From Chiloscyllium plagiosum (taxonomy: Eukaryota): DNA of 60,853 nt. A program made the position numbers and the translations under genes. Every line of letters begins with the position of its first letter. The first letter of the stretch is position 1. This document shows positions 11,143 through 23,199 of the stretch, piece by piece. Under the pieces are notes generated by a model, which saw only the letters and a list, made by a program, of their open reading frames with translations, was not told the origin of the DNA and searched no databases. Location: contig NC_057756.1 in NCBI RefSeq assembly GCF_004010195.1, positions 10,289,129 through 10,349,981 of the forward strand, written 5' to 3'.

Positions 11143-11448
11143 TTGACAAGGACTTAATGGGTGTCTCAGCGAGCGTCTGCTCAGTCGAGTTGTAGTCAAC
11201 TGCCGTCACAGAGTTTGTCATATTCTCAGGTGAATTCCGCACCGTTGAGGAATAGAAATTAGCTGTCAGCATATTGGAGGGTGTTGTTGTCTGTGCTGAG
11301 CTGTTCTCTGAAATCCCCCGATTACAACCACTCTCTCGACAGCAGTAAAACTCTTGCTGTGTTTGGACTCCATAATCCTTTAACAGGTCTGGGTGTTGGC
11401 ACATAGTCTCAGAAGCACAGCCTTTGATAGTGAAAGCAAGTGAATTGA
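11143..11448 (-). CDS. Gene A exon 5: C-half of LU domain 2 plus Ser/Thr/Asn-rich stalk (ends at a phase-1 donor at 11143, or reads through to TGA at 11123)
   Basis: cctttattccag| acceptor after a 98-nt intron; (F)NSLAFTIKGCASETMCQHPDLLKDYGVQTQQEFYCCRESGCNRGISENSSAQTTT...PIKSLS then A|GTAAGG. Read-through would add SKAKKH*. Confidence 0.88.
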
Positions 11449-11546
11449 CTGGAATAAAGGAACATCAGTGTAATATTAGTGATTCATCAGTTCTTTCTCA
11501 GTGTTTCAATTGGGAAGTAATTGATGGAGTAAACTGTGAGACTTAC

Positions 11547-11675
11547 ATATGAGGTAGGAGTGGAGGCACCATGTCTGTGTACCAGCACATTTCACCGTTT
11601 CTATTGGATGCTCACAAGTACCAAACAATGGGCATGTGTAACACTCAAGACTATTCAAGGTGGTGTTAGTCTCTT
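11547..11675 (-). CDS. Gene A exon 4: N-half of LU domain 2
   Basis: tttctgttgttcag| acceptor, 129 nt, EETNTTLNSLECYTCPLFGTCEHPIETVKCAGTQTWCLHSYLI, T|GTAAGT donor. Confidence 0.92.
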
Positions 11676-12023
11676 CTGAACAACAGAAATGAGAAGGACA
11701 TCCGTTACACACACACACAAAGAGTACAGAATCAATTTACAACAATGGCTACAGGGATGCAAAACCTCAGCAAGTTGGCACTGTTCTCCCCGTAGAGAAA
11801 AAAGGCTCAGAGGACGATTTAATTGCGATTTTAACAGAATACGTGCTGGTAGAATGGGCCAAATGGCCTCTTTTCACCATGGCAGAGTGATGAGCATCAT
11901 AAACTATGATTCCTGTTTCCTGAATCCCCTGTCTTCAGGGATATCACACATCCTTCACTGCTCAGTCCTTTGTTGTGTAGGGACACCATATTGGGGTTGT
12001 ACTGGATGTTGGTGAGGCCTTTT

Positions 12024-12712
12024 AGAGTCATAGAGATGTACAGCACGGAAACAGACCCTTCCGACCAACTCGTCCATGCCGATCAGATATCATTTGCCAC
12101 ACCCAGCCCTTATCCCTCTAAACCCTTCTTATTTATGTCCCCATCCAGATGCCTTTTAAATGCCGTAATTGTACCAGCCTCCACCACTTCCTCTGGCAGC
12201 TCATTCCATACACACACCACCCTCTGGGTGAAAACGTTGCCCCTCAGGTCCCTTTTATATCTTTCCTCTCTCACCTTATGTCTCTGCCCTCGAGTTCTGG
12301 ACTCCCCCACCCCAAGGAAAAGACCTTGTCTATTTATCCTATCCATGCCCCTCATGATTTTATAAACCTCTATATGGTCACCCCTCAGCCTCCGACGCTC
12401 CAGGAAATACAGCCCCAGTCTGTTCAGCTCCAATCCCCTGTAGCTCCAATCCTCCAACCCTGGCAACATCCTTGTAAGTCTTTTCTGAACCCTTTCAAGT
12501 TTCACAACATCTTTCCGATAGGAAGGAGACCAGAATTACATGCAATATTCCAAAAGTGGCCTAACCCATGTCCACAGCCACAACATGACCTCCCAACTCC
12601 TATACTCAATACTCTGACCAATAAAGGAAAGCATACCAAATGCCTTCTTCACTATCCTATCTACCCTCGACTCAACTTTCAAGGAGCTATGAACCTGCAC
12701 TCCAAGGTCTCT
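12024..12712 (-). mobile_element. CR1 LINE 3' fragment (gene A intron 3)
   Basis: KLERVQKRLTRMLPGLE...RRRLRGD.IEVYKIMRG...FTQRVV.VWNELP. Confidence 0.92.
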
Positions 12713-12829
12713 TATGCTGCATAAACCTCTAACAGCATCTCCCATTACAGGCATCTGACATGGACTCAGCTGGTTTCTTACTCTTGCACATGATGTTCTA
12801 CCCACTCGTGGGTATGTTTCATGTCCTAC

Positions 12830-12967
12830 CTATGATGGTTTGGTTGTTGCAGAGATCGGACTGACAGCAACTTTCAGTCGTGGAAGCTGAGAATGTGCCA
12901 CTGTCCAAGGATAGGTTTCCAGTACAGGTCCCACACTCGTAAGTGATTGACTCGTCGGAGCTGAAAA
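12830..12967 (-). CDS. Gene A exon 3: C-half of LU domain 1
   Basis: tctctgttcacag| acceptor, 138 nt, (I)FSSDESITYECGTCTGNLSLDSGTFSASTTESCCQSDLCNNQTII, G|GTAGGA donor. CCxxxxCN LU signature. Confidence 0.92.
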   Translation of the reverse strand, partial: FSAPTSQSLTSVGPVLETYPWTVAHSQLPRLKVAVSPISATTKPS

Positions 12968-13811
12968 CTGTGAACAGAGAACCCAGAACTGAGTTGAACT
13001 TATTGGCGGACACAGACACTGAAAACCATGCAGCCAGTTACCACTCCCCTATCCATCTCATTACAGATAGCCCATGCAAAGTTTTATACCCCCTCTCCAG
13101 AACCCCACCCACATCAGTCACAGAGGTCAACAGCCCAGAAAAAGACCCTTCAGCCCATCAAGCCCATGCCAGCCAAAAACAAGCAACAAGTAAACCCTTT
13201 AGAACAGAGATAAGGAGAGACTTCTTCAGCCAGAGGGTGGGGAATCTGTGGGATTCACTCCCACAGAAGGCTGTGGAGGCCGGGTCACTGGGTCTATTTA
13301 AAACAGGGATAGATAAGCTCTTGATTGCCGAGGGGATCAAAGGTTACAGGGGGGGAAGTGGAAAAATGGGATTGTAAAACCTATCAGCCTTAATTGAATG
13401 GCAGAGCAGACCGAATGGCCTAATTTCTGCTCCTATGTCTCTTGGTCTGATGAGCGATTCTGATCCCACTTTCTGGCCACATATTACTGAATCTGCTGAT
13501 GACAGAAAGGAAAGTAGAATACTAATTTATGAAGAAGGTATAAGGATCCTGAAGGGGGATAGAGGTAGGTTGGTTGAGTGGAAAAACTCATTAGCGGGTA
13601 GAGCACGATGCAGGAAAGCTTTGGCAGGAAGAATAGAAAATTCAGTCCGTTATTTAAATGGAGTGAGATTGCAAAATGCTGAGCTACAGGGGTGTCCAGG
13701 TGTGTGAATCACAAAGGGTTAACATACAGACAGAGACAGCAAGTGAGAAGGAAGGCAACTGAAAGGTGGCCATTTATTGCAAGGGATATTGAGAAGTAAA
13801 TAGAATCCCGA

Positions 13812-14106
13812 CGGAGTGGAAGCAGATCATTCTGCCCAACAGGTCCACACTAACCCTCCGAAGAGTAACCCACCCACACCCATTCCCCTACATTTACTCT
13901 TGACTAATGCACCTAACCTACACTGAGCACTGTGGGCAATTTAACATGGCCAATTCACCTACCCTGCACACCTTTGGATTGTGGGAGGAAACACACGCAG
14001 ACGCAGGGAGAATGTGCAAACTCCGCACAGGCAGTCACCCAAGGGTGGAATTGGACTCAGGTTCTTGGTGCCATGGGACAGCAGTGCTAAGCACTGAGCC
14101 ACCGCA
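13812..14106 (-). mobile_element. HE1-type SINE
   Basis: gggagaatgtgcaaactcc core and tRNA-like head on the reverse strand. Confidence 0.8.
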
Positions 14107-15159
14107 CCACACTAAATCTTTGTTCCAGTTCATAGAATCACAGACGACAGGAGGCCCTTCAGTCTATCAATCTCCAGGACAGGAGAGTCCTAAAATAGAC
14201 AGCACAGGTTTAGGGTGAGAGGGGAAAGATTTAAAAGGGACCTAAGGGGTAACGTTTTCACACAGAGGGTGGTACGTGTGTGGAATGAGCTGCCAGAGGA
14301 AGTGGTGGAGGCTGATACAATGACAACATTTAAAAGGCAACTTAATGGGTATATGAATCAGAAGGGATATGGGCTAAGTGCTGGCAAAGGAAACTGGTGT
14401 ATGGTTGGCACGGACGGGTTGGACAGAAGGGTCTATTTCCGTGCTGTACGTGTGTATAAGTCTGAACTGTCAAAGCCACACTAAATCTGCAACAATCTCA
14501 CTTTCCACGTGTAGCCAGCATTGAGGGGAGTACAGGTTGGGTGTACTTATTTAACAGAGTATTGAAACATTTTTGAAGCAAAGATTAGGCAGTGGGGAGT
14601 CATGGTTGCTGGCCGTTGCAAAGGATGGACAGCTTTGACCTGCATCCACTTACATTTCAAAGAATGAGAGAAGGTGTTGTCAGGCCATATGAGGTGGGTA
14701 GGGGATATGAAAGGATGGATTCTTATGAGAGAGAGAGAGAGAGAGAGAGACAGGAAGCAGGGAACACAATTTGAAAAGAGGGAGTCTGCCATTATATTCC
14801 ATACTGTAGGGATTCTCTGATTGAAGATGAGGAGAATATTCACTCAGACATTTCCCATTCTTTTCCACAGACAACATTGGCGGAAGAGCAGCCATGACAT
14901 CACTGAATGGCAGAACAGGTTTGATGGGCTGAATGGCCAACAGGTTCACCTGTTTGTACATTTACACAGGAATCTCCGACGACCTGAGCTCAACTAACCT
15001 GCGGCCTTTTCAATCCACAAAAAAACAAAGCAGTTCTGACGATTGATTCTGAAGTTATGTACAAACTGTCACAGGCGTCTGGAAAACCCTCAGCCCCTAC
15101 ACCCCCTCCCTATCTCTGTAACCCCCTCCACCCCCTACACCCCCTCCCTATCTCTGTAA

Positions 15160-17522
15160 TGTAGCCTCCTCCAACGTCTCTGCATAGCTCCACCCCTCCC
15201 TATCTCTGTAGCCTCCTCCAACGTCTCTGCATAGCTCCACCCCTCCCTATCTCTGTAGCCTCCTCCAACGTCTCTGCATAGCTCCACCCCTCCCTATCTC
15301 TGTAGCCTCCTCCAACGTCTCTGCATAGCTCCACCCCTCCCTATCTCTGTAGCCTCCTCCAACGTCTCTGCATAGCTCCACCCCTCCCTATCTCTGTAGC
15401 CTCCTCCAACGTCTCTGCATAGCTCCACCCCTCCCTATCTCTGTAGCCTCCTCCAACGTCTCTGCATAGCTCCACCCCTCCCTATCTCTGTAGCCTCCTC
15501 CAACGTCTCTGCATAGCTCCACCCCTCCCTATCTCTGTAGCCTCCTCCAACGTCTCTGCATAGCTCCACCCCTCCCTATCTCTGTAGCCTCCTCCAACGT
15601 CTCTGCATAGCTCCACCCCTCCCTATCTCTGTAGCCTCCTCCAACGTCTCTGCATAGCTCCACCCCTCCCTATCTCTGTAGCCTCCTCCAACGTCTCTGC
15701 ATAGCTCCACCCCTCCCTATCTCTGTAGCCTCCTCCAACGTCTCTGCATAGCTCCACCCCTCCCTATCTCTGTAGCCTCCTCCAACGTCTCTGCATAGCT
15801 CCACCCCTCCCTATCTCTGTAGCCTCCTCCAACGTCTCTGCATAGCTCCACCCCTCCCTATCTCTGTAGCCTCCTCCAACGTCTCTGCATAGCTCCACCC
15901 CTCCCTATCTCTGTAGCCTCCTCCAACGTCTCTGCATAGCTCCACCCCTCCCTATCTCTGTAGCCTCCTCCAACGTCTCTGCATAGCTCCACCCCTCCCT
16001 ATCTCTGTAGCCTCCTCCAACGTCTCTGCATAGCTCCACCCCTCCCTATCTCTGTAGCCTCCTCCAACGTCTCTGCATAGCTCCACCCCTCCCTATCTCT
16101 GTAGCCTCCTCCAACGTCTCTGCATAGCTCCACCCCTCCCTATCTCTGTAGCCTCCTCCAACGTCTCTGCATAGCTCCACCCCTCCCTATCTCTGTAGCC
16201 TCCTCCAACGTCTCTGCATAGCTCCACCCCTCCCTATCTCTGTAGCCTCCTCCAACGTCTCTGCATAGCTCCACCCCTCCCTATCTCTGTAGCCTCCTCC
16301 AACGTCTCTGCATAGCTCCACCCCTCCCTATCTCTGTAGCCTCCTCCAACGTCTCTGCATAGCTCCACCCCTCCCTATCTCTGTAGCCTCCTCCAACGTC
16401 TCTGCATAGCTCCACCCCTCCCTATCTCTGTAGCCTCCTCCAACGTCTCTGCATAGCTCCACCCCTCCCTATCTCTGTAGCCTCCTCCAACGTCTCTGCA
16501 TAGCTCCACCCCTCCCTATCTCTGTAGCCTCCTCCAACGTCTCTGCATAGCTCCACCCCTCCCTATCTCTGTAGCCTCCTCCAACGTCTCTGCATAGCTC
16601 CACCCCTCCCTATCTCTGTAGCCTCCTCCAACGTCTCTGCATAGCTCCACCCCTCCCTATCTCTGTAGCCTCCTCCAACGTCTCTGCATAGCTCCACCCC
16701 TCCCTATCTCTGTAGCCTCCTCCAACGTCTCTGCATAGCTCCACCCCTCCCTATCTCTGTAGCCTCCTCCAACGTCTCTGCATAGCTCCACCCCTCCCTA
16801 TCTCTGTAGCCTCCTCCAACGTCTCTGCATAGCTCCACCCCTCCCTATCTCTGTAGCCTCCTCCAACGTCTCTGCATAGCTCCACCCCTCCCTATCTCTG
16901 TAGCCTCCTCCAACGTCTCTGCATAGCTCCACCCCTCCCTATCTCTGTAGCCTCCTCCAACGTCTCTGCATAGCTCCACCCCTCCCTATCTCTGTAGCCT
17001 CCTCCAACGTCTCTGCATAGCTCCACCCCTCCCTATCTCTGTAGCCTCCTCCAACGTCTCTGCATAGCTCCACCCCTCCCTATCTCTGTAGCCTCCTCCA
17101 ACGTCTCTGCATAGCTCCACCCCTCCCTATCTCTGTAGCCTCCTCCAACGTCTCTGCATAGCTCCACCCCTCCCTATCTCTGTAGCCTCCTCCAACGTCT
17201 CTGCATAGCTCCACCCCTCCCTATCTCTGTAGCCTCCTCCAACGTCTCTGCATAGCTCCACCCCTCCCTATCTCTGTAGCCTCCTCCAACGTCTCTGCAT
17301 AGCTCCACCCCTCCCTATCTCTGTAGCCTCCTCCAACGTCTCTGCATAGCTCCACCCCTCCCTATCTCTGTAGCCTCCTCCAACGTCTCTGCATAGCTCC
17401 ACCCCTCCCTATCTCTGTAGCCTCCTCCAACGTCTCTGCATAGCTCCACCCCTCCCTATCTCTGTAGCCTCCTCCAACGTCTCTGCATAGCTCCACCCCT
17501 CCCTATCTCTGTAGCCTCCTCC
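15160..17522. repeat. Perfect 47-bp tandem array (~50 copies) in gene A intron 2
   Basis: Unit ctccacccctccctatctctgtagcctcctccaacgtctctgcatag repeated with no visible variation; related 36-bp units flank it. Confidence 0.95.
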
Positions 17523-17738
17523 AGCCCCTAAACCCCTCCCTATCTCTGTAGCCTCCTTCAGCCCCTAAACCCCTCCCTATCTCTGTAGCCTCCTCCAACG
17601 TCTCTGCATAGCTCCAATTTGTCCATTTTGCTGGACCTTGTTTTCCATCCTCCTGTCTCTCTCTCTCTGTAACTTCTCTGTCTGTCTGCCCACTCCTGCA
17701 CCTGGACAATCTGACAATGAGTTGAGAAGTTTTCTCAC

Positions 17739-17855
17739 TGGAATTCAGTTTGCCCAAGATGGCTCTGCAGCTCTGGGTCCCAGCCGCATCGCAGACCTGC
17801 TGCTCCGTACAGGTCCCAGTTGGATTCTCACAGGAGAAGCATCTGAGAGACGAGG
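17739..17855 (-). CDS. Gene A exon 2: N-half of LU domain 1
   Basis: ccccttctgcttcattccag| acceptor, 117 nt, (A)SSLRCFSCENPTGTCTEQQVCDAAGTQSCRAILGKLNS, A|GTGAGA donor. Five Cys in LU spacing. Confidence 0.92.
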
Positions 17856-18083
17856 CTGGAATGAAGCAGAAGGGGAAATCGTCAGACAGTGGTGCAGTCA
17901 CATTGACCAGAGCTCGAGTGTTGGACTCAGAAATGTAAGGGATATCCTGGAGCTTTCTCAAGGTCTGTGGTTCAGTCACTGATACCACATTGAGAATTGT
18001 GGCAGTCCCAATGAACTATAGAAAGATCCTGAAAGAAAGTATGTTGACATAAGTGCCTGAGGAATTGTTACTATTTAGAAAAA

Positions 18084-18675
18084 GAGTCATAGAGATGTAC
18101 AGCATGAAAACAGACCCTTCGGCCCAACCCGTCCATGCCGACCAGATATCCCAACCCAATCTAATCCTACTTGCCAGCACCCAGCCCATATCCCTCCAAT
18201 CCCTTCCTATTCATATACCCATCCAGATGCCTTTTAAATGTTACAATTGTACCAGCCTCCACCACTTCCTCTGGCAGCTCATTCCATACACGTACCACCC
18301 TCTGTGTGAAAACGTTGCCCCTTAGGTCTCTTTTATATCTTTCCCCTCTCACCCTAAACCTACGCCCCTCTAGTTCTGGACACCCCCACCCCAGGGAGAA
18401 GACTTTGTCTCTTTATCCTATCCATGCCCCTTATGATTTTATAAACCTCTATAAAGTCACCCCTCAGCCTCCAACGCTCCACGGAAAACAGCCCCAGCCT
18501 GTTCAACCTCTCCCTATAGCTCCAATCCTCCAACCCTGGCAACATCCTTGTAAATCTTTTCTGAGCCCTTTCAAGTTTCACGATAGGAAGGAGACCAGAA
18601 TTGCATGCAATATTCCAACAGTGGCCTAACCTATGTCCTGTACAGCCGCAACATGACCTCCCAACTCCTGTACTC
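18084..18675 (-). mobile_element. CR1 LINE 3' fragment (gene A intron 1)
   Basis: Same CR1 ORF2 C-terminal motifs and (catagag) tail. Confidence 0.92.
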
Positions 18676-19310
18676 TGGATAATTATTGTGTCAGGACACG
18701 GGATGGGACTCATCTGCTTTTCTGTGAAATATTGGAATAATAATCTTTCACATCCATCTTTAAGAGCAGTCAGGAACTCAACTGACCATCTCAGTTTATA
18801 GGGTCATTGAGATGTACAGCATGGAAACAGACCCTTTGGTCCAACGCAACCATGCCACCCACATATCCTAACCTAATCTAGTCATCGCAGTTCCACCTCT
18901 GCATTTTCGACAGTATAGCTGATCCCAGTAGATATCAGCCTTGTTTATCACTCAGTTCCCAGGAGGAACCATCAAGTCTCAGACAGAGAGGAGCCTGTAA
19001 CTGCTGACATGGTTGACTTTCTCGTGATCACTGCTCACCATCTTCCAGCTTTGAGGAAGGTTCATCCGGACCAGAAACGTTAACTCTGCTTTGTCTCCAC
19101 AGATGCTGCCAGACCTGCTGAGCTCTCCCAGCCATTTCTGCTGCATGCGCTCTTTGGTCACCATAAGATAGACTTGCTGGTAGCACCCTCCCTTATGATT
19201 GGGTTCTCCTGTTTTGTCTGGTATGGTAAAGGCACTCAGTCCAACAGGAAGAGGCACTGGTCTTAAACAAGATATAGTTGCTCACATGATCAAGGAATTA
19301 TCAACCAATC

Positions 19311-19922
19311 CCTACAGTGTGGAAACAGGCCCTTCAGCCCAACAAGTCCACACTGACCCTCCGCAGAGTAACCCACCCAGACCCATTCCCCTACATTATG
19401 CACCAAATCTACACATCCCTAAACAGTATGGACAATTTAGCATGGTCAATCCACCCTAACCTGCACATCCCTGGGCACTATGGGACAATTTGGCATAGCC
19501 AACCCACCCTAACCTGCACATCCCTGGGCACTATGGAACAATTTAGCATGGCCAATCCACCCTAACCTGCACATCCCTGGACACTATGGACAATTTCCCA
19601 TGGCCAATCCACCCTAACCTGCATATAGCTGGACACTATGGGCAATTGAGCATGGCCAATCCACCCTAATCTGCACATCCCTGGGCACTATGGGACAATT
19701 TCCCATGGACAATCCACCCTAACCTGCACATCCCTGGGCACTATGGGACAATTTAGCATGGCCAATCCACCCTAACTTGCACGTCTTTGGATTGTGGAGG
19801 AAACCCACGCAGACACAGGGAGAATGTGCAAACTCCACAGACTGTCGCCTGAGGGTGGAATGGAACCTGGGTCCCTGGTGCTGTGAAGCAGCAGTGCTAA
19901 CTGCTGAGTCACAATGTCACCC
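19311..19922 (-). mobile_element. HE1-type SINE with an internal ~53-bp tandem expansion
   Basis: Same internal unit repeated ~7 times; intact SINE head at ~19850-19920. Confidence 0.82.
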
Positions 19923-21549
19923 CATAACCGATCATAATCAGTTGCGTGTTACGTTGCTATGATCGGCGTTGTTTCTGAGGGTTTCGGGGACTCCCAGCTC
20001 ATCAGATCATCTCCTTCAACACTGGGTGCTATTTTTTGTTTTCCTACCCACGTACTTGCATCATAGCTTAAGGGATTGGTTAGCTCAGTTGGCTGGACTC
20101 CTACTTTCTGGCGTAGGGCATCTCCCAGGTGTTTGGGATCAATTTCTGCACTGGCTAAAATTACCATGAATGACCTGTCTTGTCTTGTCTGTTACATTGC
20201 CACCAGTTTCACTCCACCTCTCTGTAATAAAAGGTCAGACCTGTGATGTGTAAGCAGAAATTACTGGGAAAGCTGAGTAATTCTGGCAGCGTCTGTGAAG
20301 AGAAGTCAGAGTTAATGTTTTGGGTCCAGTGACCCTTCCTCAGAAATGCTGAGCTTTACCAGCAGCTTCTGTCTTTGTTTCTGATTTACAACATCGGCAG
20401 TTCCTTTGGGTTTTACCTATGCTGTGGGAAGAGAGTGGCAATTTCACTTTTATGTTTGATACAATCTCAAAGCAGACGGATCTTACAGGACTCGCTATCA
20501 TTAACACTTTCAGAACCTTACTCAACAAGCATTAGGCCACAGTGTCATGGAATATTCCCCACTTGCCTGGACGGCTGCGGCTGTGGCTGCAACGACACTC
20601 AAAACAAGGGAAGGCCTTCAGGGTAAAAAAAAATGGCCCATTTGATTGGCATCTTACATCTTACACATATGCATTCCCTCGATCACTGAGGCAGAATAGC
20701 AGCAGTGTATATCATCCACAAGTTGCACTGCGCAAATCCCCCTTCAATCCTTCAACAGCAGCCATAACCTCCACCACCTCGATGGGCAACCAGAGGGCAT
20801 CGTTCCAGGGCGAGGAACTCACGATTTAAAGGAGATTTGGGGAAAATAATCTTTCGCAAGATTATTTGTGGATTTGGAACTCACTGCCTGTAAAGGTGAT
20901 AGAGGCAGGACTCCTTGAGACATTTAAGAAGATGAGACAGCAGAGCAGGCAAGGCTACGTGCTGGAGAATCGGATTGGAGTAGATTGATGACTGGCATAG
21001 ATATGATGGGACGAAGGGCCAGCCTCCAGGTTGCAAGACCTCTATAACCAGAGCAGCAGATCGAACGAAACACCAGCCCCTGCAAGTTCCCCTCCGAGCC
21101 ACTTTCAGCGCCAACTTGAAAATATATCGCCGTTCCTGGGTCAGAATCCTGGAATCCCCTCCCTGAGGATCATTGTGGGCCTACCCATAGCACATGGACT
21201 GAAGTGGTTCAAAAAGGCAGCTCATCCCCAACTTCTCAAGGAGTGGGGGGTGGGGTGGTGGGAGTCAACTTGAGTTGATTTACCACCAGGAGCCATATCC
21301 CGGAAAGGACAAGCAGAGTGCCTGCCATTTCAGGGACATACAGCCGATAGAGGAATGGCAGTGCGACTAACTCGTGTGCCCTGTTTGTGGTTCAGAGCAA
21401 TGCCAGCAGGGGAGGGTTCAATGCCCAGAGCTTACAGAGTAGGAAGCAGTGTTAAATCACAACCGAGAGAAACAACCAGGAAAACAGGCATAAGATCAGA
21501 CGCTGAGCTCAGGTTAACAATTGACCCATTTTACGACTAAACCTCTCAC

Positions 21550-21598
21550 CTCCTGTAACCAGAGCACAGCTGATGAAAATGCCAGCAAACAACTTCAT
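21550..21598 (-). CDS. Gene A exon 1: signal peptide of a two-LU-domain (Ly6/uPAR, PLA2-inhibitor-gamma/PINLYP-like) protein
   Basis: ATG at 21598 reads MKLFAGIFISCALVTG+G, then G|GTGAGA phase-1 donor. Splices in frame to exon 2 giving ...VTGASS-LRC, a typical LU signal-peptide junction. Confidence 0.88.
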
Positions 21599-22169
21599 CT
21601 TAATCCAGTTCTCAGTGTTCCTCGCACAGACCTCATGGAGGCACAATCCTACCCTCCTCAGTGTTGTGTGAACACTGTCAGTGTCTAAATACACATAGAT
21701 CCACAAGCTGCGTCCTGAAGCCGGGGGGAGGTTCCCTTGCTATCTGCTGGAATGGGTGTTCCTCTCTCAGTGCCTGGGCTGGCATGCAGCCATCTGCCTT
21801 GCTTTGATCATGAGATAAAGACTGTCGGGGTGAGAATAACCAGACAGGTCGTGCCTCAGAATATCTTTAACTGGGGACTTTTACCGTTCCAGGTTGGTGA
21901 GACTGACAATTGGTTTAGGGCTTGGGTGGTGCTAATCAAGTGAATAATCACATTCCTGCTCAGTTCTTGGTATTCTAATTCATCAGTGAAGAATGTATTT
22001 ACCTCCAGGCACCTTCACATGTATTTGCCAACCAGATAAAGTCATAGAGACGTACAGGACAGAAACAGACCCTTTGATCCACCTCCTCCATGCTGACCAA
22101 GAAATCCTAAATTAATCTAGGCCCATTTGCCAACACTTGGCCCATAGCCCTTGAAACCCTGTTTCGAAC

Positions 22170-23056
22170 AGGTAAAAATAATGACTGCAGATGCTGGAAA
22201 CCAGATTCTGGATTAGTGGGGCTGGAAGAGCACAGCAGTTCAGGCAGCATCCGAGGAGCAGGAAAATCGACGTTTCGGGCAAAAGCCCTTCATCAGGAAT
22301 ACAGGCAGAGAGCCTGCAGGATGGAGAGATAAGTGAGAGGAGGGTGGGGGGGGGGAGAAAGTAGCATNNNNNNNNNNNNNNNNNNNNNNNNNNNNNNNNN
22401 NNNNNNNNNNNNNNNNNNNNNNNNNNNNNNNNNNNNNNNNNNNNNNNNNNNNNNNNNNNNNNNNNNNNNNNNNNNNNNNNNNNNNNNNNNNNNNNNNNNN
22501 NNNNNNNNNNNNNNNNNNNNNNNNNNNNNNNNNNNNNNNNNNNNNNNNNNNNNNNNNNNNNNNNNNNNNNNNNNNNNNNNNNNNNNNNNNNNNNNNNNNN
22601 NNNNNNNNNNNNNNNNNNNNNNNNNNNNNNNNNNNNNNNNNNNNNNNNNNNNNNNNNNNNNNNNNNNNNNNNNNNNNNNNNNNNNNNNNNNNNNNNNNNN
22701 NNNNNNNNNNNNNNNNNNNNNNNNNNNNNNNNNNNNNNNNNNNNNNNNNNNNNNNNNNNNNNNNNNNNNNNNNNNNNNNNNNNNNNNNNNNNNNNNNNNN
22801 NNNNNNNNNNNNNNNNNNNNNNNNNNNNNNNNNNNNNNNNNNNNNNNNNNNNNNNNNNNNNACTGTTGAAGTCCACATTGATGCCCTGTGGTTGAAGTGT
22901 TCCGAGGCGGAAGATGAGGCGTTCTTCCTCCAGGCGTCTGGTGGTGAGGGAGCGGCGGTGAAGGAGACCCAGGACCTCCATGTCCTCGGCAGAGTGGGAG
23001 GGGGAGTTGAAATATTGGGCCACAGGGCGGTGTGGTTGATTGGTGTGGGTGTCGAA
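22170..23056 (-). mobile_element. Penelope-like element 3' end (GIY-YIG endonuclease C-terminus) spanning a gap, inserted in a CR1 tail
   Basis: PVAQYFNSPSHS.EDM.VLGL...RRLEEERLIFRLGTLQPQGINVDF, plus a terminal hammerhead motif. Confidence 0.85.
22265..22300 (-). ncRNA. Minimal hammerhead ribozyme motif (Penelope terminus)
   Basis: attc-CTGATGA-a-gggc(tttt)gccc-GAAAC-GTC-gatt on the minus strand. Confidence 0.65.
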
Positions 23057-23199
23057 TACCAATCCAGATGCCTTTTAAATGTTGTAACTGTATCAGCCTC
23101 CACCACTTCCTCTGGCAGCTCATTCCACACACGTACAACCCTCTGTGTAAAAAAGTTGCTACTTAGGTCCCTTTTAAATCTTTCTCCTCTTACCTTAAA

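Noticed and set aside
9475..11199. CPVIN / LLIAL / NNRAI repetitive ORFs
   Set aside because: Translations of the 12/15-bp minisatellite.
15160..17522. Regular repeat array as a possible CRISPR
   Set aside because: Head-to-tail units with no unique spacers, no cas genes, and a eukaryotic context.
20073..20165. tRNA-like sequence (also ~29870-29935 on the minus strand and the SINE heads)
   Set aside because: A/B-box-like remnants without a complete cloverleaf; tRNA-derived SINE heads.
21680..21890. NF-kB-, GATA- and TATA-like motifs upstream of gene A (and kB/CCAAT-like motifs near 49030-49150 for gene B)
   Set aside because: Short, imperfect matches expected by chance; transcription start sites are unknown.
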